Part shown: piece by piece, positions 7,846 to 17,658 of the stretch
How positions within the stretch are numbered: position 1 is the stretch's first letter
How the letters are laid out: every line of letters begins with the position of its first letter
Assembly (NCBI GenBank): GCA_017502285.1
Contig: JAFVVH010000019.1
Span: forward strand, 34,432-98,431
Source: Oscillospiraceae bacterium
Lineage (GTDB): Bacteria > Bacillota > Clostridia > Oscillospirales > Oscillospiraceae
Direction: 5' to 3'
DNA length: 64,000 nucleotides
Notes under the pieces: generated by a model
What the model saw: the letters and a program-made list of their open reading frames with translations, nothing else
The model's database searches: none
What the model was told of the DNA's origin: nothing
Made by a program: the position numbers and the translations under genes

Positions 7846-9408
7846 TCAGACGGCGGGATAGAACAGGCTGGTCTCGATGCCGATGGGCAGACCCACGGTC
7901 AGCCAAATAACCAGCAGAATGGTCCAGAAAATCAGGAAGCACACAGAGTAGGGCAGCATGGTAGCGGTAATGGTGCCGATGCCGGCCTTCTTGTCATAGC
8001 GTTGGGCGAACATGATGATCACAGCGTAGTAGGTCATCATGGGGGTGATGATGTTGGTGCAGGAATCGCCGATGCGGTAGGCCAGCTGGCACAGTTCGGG
8101 GCTGTAGCCCAGCAGCATGAACATGGGGACAAACACAGGTGCCAGAATGTTCCACTTGGCGGATGCAGATCCCATAAACAGGTTCATAAAAGCAGAAAAC
8201 AGCACAAAGATGATCATCAGCAGAATCAGCCCAATATTGATGGACTCCAGGAATGAGGCTCCGGCCAGAGCAATGATGGTGCCCAGCTTGGTGTAGCCAA
8301 AATAATTGATGAACTGGGCAGACACAAAGGCCAGCGCAAGGAAGGCACCCATGCTGGACATGGCCTTGCTCATGGCATTTGCCACGTCCTTGTTGTCCTT
8401 GAAGGTGCCCACAGTCAGGCCGTAGGCAACACCGGGCACGAAGAACAGCAGGGCGATGAGCACCACGATGCTGTCGATGAGGGGGGTCTTGCCCAGCAGC
8501 TCACCCTCAGCATTGCGGAAGAAGGAGTCAGCAGGGATGCAGGTGGCCACGATCAGACCCACAAAAATCAGCGCGGCAATGCCCGCATTGCGCAGACCCT
8601 TCTTCTCCTTGTCGGTAACGGTAGCCAGGGACTCGTCCTCCTCGCCCTCCAGCTCACCGTTGTAGGCCCCCAAACGGGGCTCCACCACCTTGTCGGTGAT
8701 GATGGTGCCCAGAATGGTGATCAGGACAGTGGAGGCACACATAAAGAAATAGTTGCCCATGACCTGCACCTGATAGCCGGGGTCAATGATGGATACAGCA
8801 GTCTGGCTGATACCGGCCAGCAGTGGGTCCAGAGTGCCCACCACCAGATTGGCGGAGAAGCCGCCGGACACACCGGCAAAGGCAGCGGCCAGACCGGCAA
8901 TGGGATGACGGCCGCAGGCGCGGAACACCATGGCACCCAGAGGGATCAGAATGACGTAGCCAGCGTCGGAGGCCACGTTGGACATGACACCCAGAAACAC
9001 CATCATGGGGGTCAGCAGCATCTTGGGAGTGACACGCACCACGTTCTTGAGCAGGGTATTGATCATGCCGGACTGTTCGGCAACACCCACGCCCAGCATA
9101 GCCACCAGCACCATCCCCAGAGGGGCATAAGTGGTAAAGTTGTTTACCGCACTGGTGAACATGTAGGCAAGGCCCTCCTTGGTCAGCAGGCTCACAGCGG
9201 TGACCGTGGTCTCCTTCAGCTCGCCGCCGGACACCAGATTGCCGGTGGCAGATACGCCCAGGGCAGCACACACTGCAGAAATGACCACGATGGCCAGCGC
9301 AAAAATGGCGAACAGGATCACAGGATGAGGCAGACCGTTGCCTACCCGCTCGATTCCGTTCAGGCAGCGGTTATACAGGCTGACCTTGTTGGTTTTGTTC
9401 TTCTTCAT
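7846..9408 (-). CDS. abgT: AbgT family transporter (p-aminobenzoyl-glutamate transporter-like)
   Basis: IERVGNGLPHP, GRHPIAGLAAAFAGVSGGFSAN, GSASAKW, YRIGDSCTNIITP; SD AAGGAG. Confidence 0.9.
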   Translation of the reverse strand: MKKNKTNKVSLYNRCLNGIERVGNGLPHPVILFAIFALAIVVISAVCAALGVSATGNLVSGGELKETTVTAVSLLTKEGLAYMFTSAVNNFTTYAPLGMVLVAMLGVGVAEQSGMINTLLKNVVRVTPKMLLTPMMVFLGVMSNVASDAGYVILIPLGAMVFRACGRHPIAGLAAAFAGVSGGFSANLVVGTLDPLLAGISQTAVSIIDPGYQVQVMGNYFFMCASTVLITILGTIITDKVVEPRLGAYNGELEGEEDESLATVTDKEKKGLRNAGIAALIFVGLIVATCIPADSFFRNAEGELLGKTPLIDSIVVLIALLFFVPGVAYGLTVGTFKDNKDVANAMSKAMSSMGAFLALAFVSAQFINYFGYTKLGTIIALAGASFLESINIGLILLMIIFVLFSAFMNLFMGSASAKWNILAPVFVPMFMLLGYSPELCQLAYRIGDSCTNIITPMMTYYAVIIMFAQRYDKKAGIGTITATMLPYSVCFLIFWTILLVIWLTVGLPIGIETSLFYPAV

Positions 9409-9624
9409 TTTGTTTCTCTCCTTATGTTTGTTGTGCCCCTGTTTTGTCCGTTCCCAGGCCGGAGCGCAGCTTGTTAAGTATACCATGTTAGTTCACCCTA
9501 CGTCAACTTCTCCGGGAAAAGTAGCACTTTTTTCTTCACTTTCCTCTCACTCCTTGCCCATGCCCCACTTAAATGATATAATGATATATAACTTAGATTT
9601 TTATTCATTCCACAGGTGATTTCT

Positions 9625-10230
9625 ATGAAACTATACTGTCTGGGAGACAGCCTGACCTTTGGTTTTGGCATGTCCCGCAACGTGCGCTGGACCACGCTGG
9701 TGGAACAGGAGACCGGCTGGCAGGTGGTCAACCGCGGCATCAACGGAGACACCACCGGGGGTATGCTGGCCCGGCTGGGCCCGGAGGTTCTGGACCTCAT
9801 CGGCCATGACCGCTCCCAGCGTCTGGAAAGCCGCATCCTGCTCATGGGCGGCAGCAACGATGTATTCTTCTCCGGCACAGATGCGCAGGCCCGGGCCAAT
9901 ATGGCAGCCATGTGTCAGCGGCTCATGGGTGAAGGGCTGGAGCCATTCGTGGGCATCTCGCTTCCGGTAGATTGGACGCAGGCACCCAAGCCGTGGGCTC
10001 AGGTGGTGGATTTTGCCCAGTCTGCCCGGCTGATGAACGACTACTGCGCGTGGCTGAAACAGTTTTGCCGCGTATTTGGCCTGAACGTGGTGGATTTCGC
10101 ACAGGACTTCATCGCGCCGGACGGTCAAATCAGGCACGAGCTGTTTTGGGACGGGCTGCACCCCAATGCGCAGGGCCACAGGCTGATGGCTGACCGGCTC
10201 AAGCAGGCTATCCTGCCACTGCAAAAATAG
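9625..10230 (+). CDS. SGNH/GDSL hydrolase
   Basis: GDSLT, NRGINGDTT, GGSND, DGLHPN blocks; promoter-like TTGCCC-17-TATAAT 9554-9582. Confidence 0.9.
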   Translation: MKLYCLGDSLTFGFGMSRNVRWTTLVEQETGWQVVNRGINGDTTGGMLARLGPEVLDLIGHDRSQRLESRILLMGGSNDVFFSGTDAQARANMAAMCQRLMGEGLEPFVGISLPVDWTQAPKPWAQVVDFAQSARLMNDYCAWLKQFCRVFGLNVVDFAQDFIAPDGQIRHELFWDGLHPNAQGHRLMADRLKQAILPLQK

Positions 10231-10269
10231 CTTCGTTCCCAAATCAAAGAATACTTAGGGGGTACTCGT

Positions 10270-11370
10270 ATGAACAAGCGCATGCTTTCCCTGCTGGCCG
10301 GTATGCTGGCCGCCCTGATGCTGCTGTCCGCCTGCGGCGAGGACACACCTGCAAGCTCCTCTTCCGCGCCCGATATTTCCCTCGAGCCCGCCATATCCAC
10401 ACTGGCACCGGTGGAGCCGGAACCGCTGTATACCAACCCTCTCACCGGTTGCGGGACGGATGTTGACCTGTCCGCCGGACGGCCTGTGGCCATTATGCTC
10501 AATAATTTGAGGAAGGCTCTGCCCCAGTGCGGCATCGCGCAGGCTGACCTTATTTACGAAGTCCCCGCCGAAGGCGGCATCACCCGCATGATGGCTGTGT
10601 TCCAGTCTCTGGACGGGGTGGATGCGCTGGGCTCTGTTCGTTCCGCCCGCCCCTACTACGTAGAGTTGGCCGCCGGGCTGGATGCCATCTTCATCCACGC
10701 GGGCGGCAGCGACGATGCCTACTCCGCCATTAAAAAACACGGCGTATTCAACATTGACGGCGTTAACGGCCCTTACGGCGGCACTATGTTCTACCGGGAC
10801 GCTGACCGAAAGAAGAACGCCGGTTACGAACACAGCCTGTTCACCAGCCGGGAGCGCATCGAAAAGCTCCTGTCCGGCTCCCTGTCCAAAATGCGTCAGG
10901 TACATAAGGACGGCTATTCCCTCCCCCTGACCTTCGCTCCGGACGGCACTCCCCCACAGGGCGCTGCGGCTAACGGCATCGACGTGGAGTTCTCCTACTA
11001 CAAGACCGGCCGTTTTACCTATGACCCTGACAGCAAAACCTATCTGGTCGATCAGCACATCGACAAGCATAACATGCCCTATGTGGACGGCAGCAACGAT
11101 CAGCAGGTGGCTGTGACCAATGTTCTGGTGCTGCGCACTGATATAAAGCCCATCAAGGGTGACAGCGCCGGTCGTCTGACGGTACGACTCACCGGCAGCG
11201 GCAGTGGTTACTTCGCCTGCGGCGGAGCCTACATCCCCATTAACTGGACCAAGGAGTCCGCCTCCTCCCCCTTCCGCTTCTCCACCATGGATGGCCAGCC
11301 CTTAACGCTGGGTGCGGGCACAAGCTATATCAATATTATTGACAACAGCAATTCGGTTTTCTTCCGCTGA
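10270..11370 (+). CDS. DUF3048 (YerB-like) lipoprotein
   Basis: Lipobox LLSAC; NPLTG, RPVAIMLNN, PQCGIAQADLIYEVPAEGGITR, GSVRSARPY, HAGGS. Confidence 0.85.
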   Translation: MNKRMLSLLAGMLAALMLLSACGEDTPASSSSAPDISLEPAISTLAPVEPEPLYTNPLTGCGTDVDLSAGRPVAIMLNNLRKALPQCGIAQADLIYEVPAEGGITRMMAVFQSLDGVDALGSVRSARPYYVELAAGLDAIFIHAGGSDDAYSAIKKHGVFNIDGVNGPYGGTMFYRDADRKKNAGYEHSLFTSRERIEKLLSGSLSKMRQVHKDGYSLPLTFAPDGTPPQGAAANGIDVEFSYYKTGRFTYDPDSKTYLVDQHIDKHNMPYVDGSNDQQVAVTNVLVLRTDIKPIKGDSAGRLTVRLTGSGSGYFACGGAYIPINWTKESASSPFRFSTMDGQPLTLGAGTSYINIIDNSNSVFFR

Positions 11371-11375
11371 ACAAC

Positions 11376-11412
11376 AAAAATCTCCCCGATGCAATGCATC
11401 GGGGAGATTTTT
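11376..11412. terminator. Bidirectional intrinsic terminator
   Basis: AAAAATCTCCCCGATGC-AAT-GCATCGGGGAGATTTTT. Confidence 0.85.
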
Positions 11413-11425
11413 ATTTGTTGCTGAA

Positions 11426-12541
11426 TTACAGCAGGCTCTTCTCGGTCTCGGGGTCAAACAGGTGCATCAAATCGCCGCGGAAGGTGATGCCGATGGGAGT
11501 TCCGGCAGCCAGACCGGCGCGGTTCTCCACGGGCAGGTCGGCAGTCTGAACACAGATGATCACATCCTTGCCGCCGATCTCAGCGTGCAGCTGGAGCTCG
11601 GCGCCCATCATCTCGGACACGTCGACGGTGGTCTTGATCACGTCATCGCCCTGGTCCTTGAGCTGGATGTGCATGGGACGGATACCCAGAACGACGTCCT
11701 TGGTCTCCACACCGTTGGCAGCCAGCTTGGCAGCGGACTCAGCAGGCACGGCGATGGTAGCGCCGGAAACCTCGACATTGTAATCGCTGCCGCTCTTGAC
11801 CAGCTTGGCGTCCAGCAGGTTCATCTGGGGAGCGCCAATAAAGGTAGCCACGAACAGGTTGGCGGGACAGTTGTATACTTCCTGAGGAGTACCGATCTGC
11901 ATGACCCAGCCGTCCTTCATAATGACGATGCGGTCACCCAGGGTCATAGCCTCCACCTGGTCGTGGGTAACGTAGATAAAGGTGGTATCGATACGCTTGC
12001 GCAGCTTGATGATCTCAGCACGCATGGAGTTACGCAGCTTGGCGTCCAGGTTGGACAGAGGCTCGTCCATCAGGAAGACCTTGGGCTCACGGACGATAGC
12101 ACGGCCGATGGCCACACGCTGACGCTGACCGCCGGACAGAGCCTTGGGCTTGCGGTCCAGCAGTTCGGTGATCTCCAGGATCTTGGCAGCCTCCATGACC
12201 TTCTTGTCGATCTCAGCCTTGGGCAACTTGCGCAGCTTCAGACCGAAGGCCATGTTGTCGTACACGGTCATGTGGGGATACAGAGCGTAGCTCTGGAAGA
12301 CCATGGCGATGTCACGGTCCTTGGGCTCCACGTCGTTGACCAGACGATCGCCGATGTAAAGCTCGCCGTCGGTGATCTCTTCCAGACCGGCGATCATACG
12401 CAGAGTGGTGGACTTACCGCAGCCGGAAGGACCGACCAGAACGATAAACTCCTTGTCCGCGATGTCCAGATCGAAAGCGTGAACCGCCTCGAAACCGCCC
12501 TCGTAGACCTTCTTTACTTTCTTCAGGGTAACAGATGCCAT
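11426..12541 (-). CDS. Carbohydrate ABC transporter ATP-binding protein (MsmX/MalK/UgpC family), no adjacent permease
   Basis: Walker A GPSGCGKS, FQSYALYPH, LSGGQRQRVAIGR, DEPLSNLD, C-terminal regulatory domain; family-typical start MASVTLK. Confidence 0.92.
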   Translation of the reverse strand: MASVTLKKVKKVYEGGFEAVHAFDLDIADKEFIVLVGPSGCGKSTTLRMIAGLEEITDGELYIGDRLVNDVEPKDRDIAMVFQSYALYPHMTVYDNMAFGLKLRKLPKAEIDKKVMEAAKILEITELLDRKPKALSGGQRQRVAIGRAIVREPKVFLMDEPLSNLDAKLRNSMRAEIIKLRKRIDTTFIYVTHDQVEAMTLGDRIVIMKDGWVMQIGTPQEVYNCPANLFVATFIGAPQMNLLDAKLVKSGSDYNVEVSGATIAVPAESAAKLAANGVETKDVVLGIRPMHIQLKDQGDDVIKTTVDVSEMMGAELQLHAEIGGKDVIICVQTADLPVENRAGLAAGTPIGITFRGDLMHLFDPETEKSLL

Positions 12542-12785
12542 AATTTCTTGACCGCAGGGATCCTGCCTCCGCAGAGGTCCCCTCATGCACGGGGAGCGAC
12601 CCCGAGCACTTTACGACAGGTCTCCACACTGCCGCACCGCCGGCCGGCGGAATTTCCTCCTTTAATGTAACCTCTGCACACCTATAGTAATGGAGTAGGG
12701 GTGCAGGGCCCGATTGAGGTATACCAGCGGCCAAATGGCCGCAAAGTACCACTGGTAGTTTAATACAGTGCCGGGGCATTGTCAA
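12542..12785 (-). promoter_or_regulatory. SigA-type promoter and ~200-nt structured 5' leader (candidate cis-regulatory RNA)
   Basis: TTGACA(12785-12780)-17-TAAACT(12762-12757); several hairpins; SD AAAGGAGG at 12663-12656 far from the start codon. Confidence 0.65.
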
Positions 12786-12830
12786 GAAAGACTTGTGCGT
12801 CAGCCCTTTTTTCGGCACTTTCTCCCTTTT

Positions 12831-13424
12831 TTATGGTTGGATTTGGGCACTTTGCCCTGCTTCTCCCGCCGGGACGAGAACGGGGCGAAATTCTATCATC
12901 TTATCGTACCGGGCAGTATCATAGAAGGTGAGCAGAAACAGCTCTCTGCGAAACTCCACAAGCTCGCCCAACGCGGTCTTTTCCAGCTCCACCCAGTCGA
13001 AGTCAAGGGTCTCGTCCTCTTCCAGCAGCATCCGGGTAGACTTGTCGCAGACAAGGAAATCCACCTCATCGTTGGTCAGGTAGGCCACCAGCTGCATGTT
13101 GCCAATACCGCTCTCCACATCGTCATCGGTAAAAACAGGGTAATTGAGCCCCTCAGGCCACTGGCTGTTCGACATCAGAATTTCTGCCGCCGCCTGAAGT
13201 TCATAACAGTAGTCACCAGGGGTGACCAGATATAACCAGTCCCGGCGCTTCTCGTTTTCCCGATACTCGCCGATATACACCACAATGCCAACGATGAGCG
13301 AGATGGTCACAAAAATATGCAGTCCGTAGTAGTGGAGGATGTATCTGAACTTTTCCTTACGGGTCATCTTGGAGAACAGTTCTTTGGCCATCCGCCGCTC
13401 ATGGTCCAACTCTTTCTTTCTCAT
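12831..13424 (-). CDS. Hypothetical membrane-anchored protein
   Basis: SD GAAAGGAAG; basic N-terminus, one TM (HIFVTISLIVGIVVYI), acidic distal domain. Confidence 0.7.
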   Translation of the reverse strand: MRKKELDHERRMAKELFSKMTRKEKFRYILHYYGLHIFVTISLIVGIVVYIGEYRENEKRRDWLYLVTPGDYCYELQAAAEILMSNSQWPEGLNYPVFTDDDVESGIGNMQLVAYLTNDEVDFLVCDKSTRMLLEEDETLDFDWVELEKTALGELVEFRRELFLLTFYDTARYDKMIEFRPVLVPAGEAGQSAQIQP

Positions 13425-13478
13425 GGGTCGCTTCCTTTCAGTCGTTTTCACTGTTCCAGTATAGCTCACGCAAAAGGG

Positions 13479-13589
13479 TCACAGATGAACGAATTGTAAA
13501 TTCCCCCTGCAAACCTGCTTGCGCCCCCCTTTGTCCCGGGCAACTGGACGGATGGAGACGGGCGGGTTGCCCACAGCGGACAAAACCAT
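13479..13589 (-). other. Possible 36-aa small ORF or structured small RNA
   Basis: GGAGG-8nt-ATG; MVLSAVGNPPVSIRPVARDKGGRKQVCRGNLQFVHL*; upstream TTGAAT-17-TAACAT; internal hairpin. Confidence 0.3.
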
Positions 13590-13660
13590 TGTGTCTTCCT
13601 CCATAAACGAGGCTTTTCCGCCGAGAAAATGTTATCATATCGACGCAGATAATTCAACGC

Positions 13661-13695
13661 AAAAACCCGGCAGTCTCAGAAAAAAGACTGCCGGG
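13661..13695 (-). terminator. Terminator of V-ATPase operon
   Basis: CCCGGCAGTCT-loop-AGACTGCCGGG-TTTTT on minus strand. Confidence 0.85.
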
Positions 13696-13702
13696 CCTTC
13701 TC

Positions 13703-14389
13703 TCAATTGGATGCGGCTGCCGCCTGCGCGGTGGCGGCACGCTTTTCTTCCAGTGCGTCCTTGAGGATCATATCCTTCACCTTCATCAGGCGAATGGTGT
13801 TGGCACGCTCATTCTCGTCCAGCTTCATGGTGATATACTTGATGCTGGACTGCATCTGGGGGATCTTCACATATTCCAACGCATTGACGCGGCGGCGGGT
13901 CTTTTCGATCTCCTCCGCCAGCAGCTGACTGGTCTTTTCGATGCGGGCCAGCTTGAGCATATCCTGAAACACACCGGACAGCTCGCTCACCGCGTCGTCC
14001 AGCTCGCCGCTGGTCTGTGCAAAGCCGTAAGGATAGATTTGGGACTGGTCATCATTTTGGGTGCGGAAGTGATATTCCGGCACATTGACGGACATGACGT
14101 TCTCAAAGGTCATGTCCAGCTCCACGCTCTGCTTGGGGTACATCAGGGACTGCTCCAGCATCTCCGGAGACATGAGCGCAGATGCCACGGTAAAGGATCC
14201 GTGGGCACGCATGAGCGCCTGCTCCACCCGGGCACGCAGGGCCCGGTTTTCCCGCACTACATCCATGAACTGCTTCATCAGCTCATCCCGCTTGTCCTTG
14301 AGCAGCTTGTGGCCCCGCTGGGCGGTCTTGAGCTGGCCTTTGAGCCGGGTCAGCTCCATACGGGTGGGATTGATGGTCGTGGAAGGCAT
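13703..14389 (-). CDS. ntpD: V/A-type ATPase subunit D
   Basis: NPTRMELTRLK...RGHKLLKDKRDEL; EIEKTRRRVNALEY. Confidence 0.95.
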   Translation of the reverse strand: MPSTTINPTRMELTRLKGQLKTAQRGHKLLKDKRDELMKQFMDVVRENRALRARVEQALMRAHGSFTVASALMSPEMLEQSLMYPKQSVELDMTFENVMSVNVPEYHFRTQNDDQSQIYPYGFAQTSGELDDAVSELSGVFQDMLKLARIEKTSQLLAEEIEKTRRRVNALEYVKIPQMQSSIKYITMKLDENERANTIRLMKVKDMILKDALEEKRAATAQAAAASN

Positions 14390-15778
14390 TTACTTCCCTC
14401 CTTGATCCTTTTTAGGCAGGTACTTTTCGATATACTCCGGCTTGATGCGCTTGAGCTCGGAGGTGGGCAGGATACTCAACAGTTCCCAGCCCAGATCCAG
14501 CGTCTCCTCAATGGAGCGGTTCTCGTCAAAGCCCTGACCCACGTAGCGCTTTTCAAATTCGTCGGCGAACTTGGCATACAGCAGGTCGGTGGCAGACAGG
14601 GCCGCCTCGCCCAGAATGGACATAAGCTCCTTATTCTCCTTGCCGGTGGCATAGGCCGCAAAGAGCTGGTTCGTGGTGTTGGAGTGGTCCTCGCGGGTCT
14701 TGCCTTCGCCGGTGCCCTTGTCCTTCAGACGGGACAGGGAGGGCAGCACGTCCACAGGGGGTGTCACACCGCGGCGGAACAGTTCCCGGGACAGAATGAT
14801 CTGGCCCTCCGTAATATAGCCGGTCAGGTCGGGAATGGGATGGGTCTTGTCGTCCTCGGGCATGGTGAGGATGGGGATCATGGTAATAGACCCCTCCTTG
14901 CCCATCTGACGGCCTGCCCGCTCATACATGGTGGCAAGGTCGGTATACAGGTAGCCGGGATATCCGCGGCGGCCGGGCACTTCCTTCTTGGCGGCGGAGA
15001 TCTCACGCAGGGCCTCGGCATAGTTGGTGATGTCGGTCAGGATGACCAGCACGTGCATCCCCTGCTCAAAGGCCAGATACTCCGCAGCGGTCAGGGCCAT
15101 ACGGGGGGTGGCGATACGCTCTACCGCAGGGTCGTTGGCCAGATTGGTGAACAGCACCGTGCGGTCAATGGCCCCGGTGCGCTTGAACTCACTGACGAAG
15201 AATTCCGATTCTTCAAAGGTAATACCGATGGCCGCAAAGACCACAGCGAACTTGCTCTCTCCATCCAGCACTTTGGCCTGACGGGCGATCTGGGCGGCCA
15301 GATTGGCATGGGGCAGGCCGGAGCCGGAGAAAATGGGCAGCTTCTGACCGCGCACCAGCGTGTTCAGGCCGTCGATAGAGGACACACCGGTCTGGATAAA
15401 CTCGTTGGGATAGTTGCGGGCGGCGGGATTCATGGGCAGACCGTTGATGTCCCGGTATTCCTCCGCCAGAATGGCGGGGCCGCCGTCAATGGGCTGGCCC
15501 ATGCCGTTGAACACGCGGCCCAGCATATCGCCGGACACCGCCAGCTGCAGGGGATGGCCCAAAAAGCGCACCTTGGAGTCGCGCAGATTGATGCCCGCGG
15601 AGTTTTCAAACAGCTGGACCACGGCACTGTCGCCGTTGACTTCCAGCACCTTGCACCGGCGCACGGAGCCGTCGGTCAGCTCGATCTCTGCCAGTTCGTC
15701 GTAGGTGACGCCCTGCACCTTTCTGACCACCATCAGGGGGCCGTTGATCTCTTCAATGGTCTTGTATTCACGGATCAC
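14390..15778 (-). CDS. ntpB: V/A-type ATPase subunit B
   Basis: [46 protein letters not shown]. Confidence 0.97.
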   Translation of the reverse strand: MIREYKTIEEINGPLMVVRKVQGVTYDELAEIELTDGSVRRCKVLEVNGDSAVVQLFENSAGINLRDSKVRFLGHPLQLAVSGDMLGRVFNGMGQPIDGGPAILAEEYRDINGLPMNPAARNYPNEFIQTGVSSIDGLNTLVRGQKLPIFSGSGLPHANLAAQIARQAKVLDGESKFAVVFAAIGITFEESEFFVSEFKRTGAIDRTVLFTNLANDPAVERIATPRMALTAAEYLAFEQGMHVLVILTDITNYAEALREISAAKKEVPGRRGYPGYLYTDLATMYERAGRQMGKEGSITMIPILTMPEDDKTHPIPDLTGYITEGQIILSRELFRRGVTPPVDVLPSLSRLKDKGTGEGKTREDHSNTTNQLFAAYATGKENKELMSILGEAALSATDLLYAKFADEFEKRYVGQGFDENRSIEETLDLGWELLSILPTSELKRIKPEYIEKYLPKKDQGGK

Positions 15779-17547
15779 AGTTCGTCGCCTCCTTTCTCGG
15801 CCAAGGTACGGATCTGCTCCTCCATCTGGCGGGAGAGCATCTCATAATTCTCTTTGTATTCGTCGGCAGGGACGCTCTTGGCCCGGCCGATACCCACACG
15901 GGCAGCGATGTTGAACAGTTCGTTGACATCCGCACCTGCTGCGGCAGCCTCACGGCACAGCCGGTCGTAGTCCAGAATCAGCTGCATCATACGGCCCTGA
16001 CGGTCGTACTCGGAGAAGGAGTCAATGTCCACAAAGGAGTTTTGCTGCAGGAAGTCCTCGCGAATCATTTTGGCCACCTCAAGGGTGATCTGGTCCTTGG
16101 CAGACAGGGAGTCCTTGCCCACCAGCTGAACGATCTCGTTCAGGCTAGCCTCCTCCTGAAGCATGGCCATGGCCCATTCGCGGTTTTGCAGGAAGCTCTT
16201 GCCCAGATTTTCGTCATACCACGGCTTCAGCGACTCCAGATACAGGGAATAGGAGTTGAGCCAGTTAATGGCAGGGAAGTGACGGCGGTAGGCCAGAGAA
16301 GCGTCCAGTGCCCAGAACACTTTGACAATGCGCATGGTGGCCTGAGAAACCGGTTCGGACAGGTCGCCGCCGGGAGGGGAAACCGCACCTACGGCAGTCA
16401 AGCTGCCCCGGCGGTCGTCCGTACCCAGACAGGACACGCTGCCCGCCCGCTCATAAAACTGGGACAAGCGGGAGGCAAGGTAGGCGGGATAGCCCTCCTC
16501 ACCGGGCATTTCTTCCAGGCGGCCGGACATCTCGCGCAGAGCCTCGGCCCAGCGGGAGGTGGAGTCGGCGATAACAGCCACGTCATAGCCCATGTCACGA
16601 AAATACTCGGCAATGGTGATGCCGGTGTAAATAGATGCCTCACGGGCGGCCACAGGCATATCAGAGGTGTTTGCAATGAGCACCGTGCGCTTCATCAGCG
16701 ACTCGCCGGTACGGGGGTCGATCAGTTCGGGGAACTCCCGCAGCACGTCGGTCATCTCATTGCCGCGCTCGCCGCAGCCGATGTAGACCACCAGATCCAC
16801 GTCCGACCACTTGGCCAGCGCGTGCTGCATCACGGTCTTGCCCGAGCCGAAGGGTCCGGGGATGGCAGCGGTACCACCCTTTGCCACTGGGAACAGGGTG
16901 TCCACGATGCGCTGACCGGAGGCCAGGGGCTTTCTGGGGGGGTACTTATGCTTGTAGGGACGGCCCACACGCACCGGCCACTTCTGCATCAGGGTCAGCT
17001 CCTGAACGGTGCCATCGGCCAGCTCCAGCTTGGCCACCTTCTCGGTGACGGTGAATTCACCGCCCTCAATGGCCGCAACCGTACCCTCCATCTTCGGAGG
17101 GACCATGATCTTGTGCAGGATGGAGGGAGTCTCCTGAACGGTGCCCAACACATCGCCGCCCACCACCTTGTCGCCCACCTTGGCCGTGGGGACGAAGGTC
17201 CACTTTTTCTCCCGGTCCAGCGCGGGTACTTCCACACCGCGGGGCAGGCTGTTGCTGCCCACCGTCTTCATGATCACGTCCAGCGGACGCTGGATGCCGT
17301 CATAAATATTTTCGATCAGGCCGGGGCCCAGCTCCACGGACAGAGGCGCACCGGTGGTGACCACCTCGGCTCCGGGGCCAAGGCCGGAGGTCTCCTCATA
17401 CACCTGAATGGAGGCAGAGCCACCTGTCATGGTCAGAATTTCACCGATCAGACGCTGCTCACCCACACGGACCACGTCGGCCATATTGGCCTCCTCCAGT
17501 CCCGTGGCAACCACCAGCGGACCGGAGACCTTGACGATCTTTCCCAT
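15775..17547 (-). CDS. ntpA: V/A-type ATPase subunit A
   Basis: [37 protein letters not shown]. Confidence 0.97.
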   Translation of the reverse strand: MGKIVKVSGPLVVATGLEEANMADVVRVGEQRLIGEILTMTGGSASIQVYEETSGLGPGAEVVTTGAPLSVELGPGLIENIYDGIQRPLDVIMKTVGSNSLPRGVEVPALDREKKWTFVPTAKVGDKVVGGDVLGTVQETPSILHKIMVPPKMEGTVAAIEGGEFTVTEKVAKLELADGTVQELTLMQKWPVRVGRPYKHKYPPRKPLASGQRIVDTLFPVAKGGTAAIPGPFGSGKTVMQHALAKWSDVDLVVYIGCGERGNEMTDVLREFPELIDPRTGESLMKRTVLIANTSDMPVAAREASIYTGITIAEYFRDMGYDVAVIADSTSRWAEALREMSGRLEEMPGEEGYPAYLASRLSQFYERAGSVSCLGTDDRRGSLTAVGAVSPPGGDLSEPVSQATMRIVKVFWALDASLAYRRHFPAINWLNSYSLYLESLKPWYDENLGKSFLQNREWAMAMLQEEASLNEIVQLVGKDSLSAKDQITLEVAKMIREDFLQQNSFVDIDSFSEYDRQGRMMQLILDYDRLCREAAAAGADVNELFNIAARVGIGRAKSVPADEYKENYEMLSRQMEEQIRTLAEKGGDEL

Positions 17548-17596
17548 AGGCTAAAACCTTCTTTCTCGTCGGCACAAACTTCGTTGCGCCTCCTCT

Positions 17597-17631
17597 CCAA
17601 ATCGAATCCACTACGTTGGGCTTCGATTTGG
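17597..17631. repeat. Intra-operon palindromic (REP-like) hairpin
   Basis: CCAAATCGAA...TTCGATTTGG inverted repeat between the subunit F and A genes. Confidence 0.55.
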
Positions 17632-17658
17632 GCTTAAATTGAATTTAAAATTTTAATA

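Noticed and set aside
14039-17637. Long plus-strand ORFs over the ATPase genes (likewise over the topoisomerase, pncB, proS and mnmE genes)
   Set aside because: Mirror frames of well-conserved genes in a GC-rich genome
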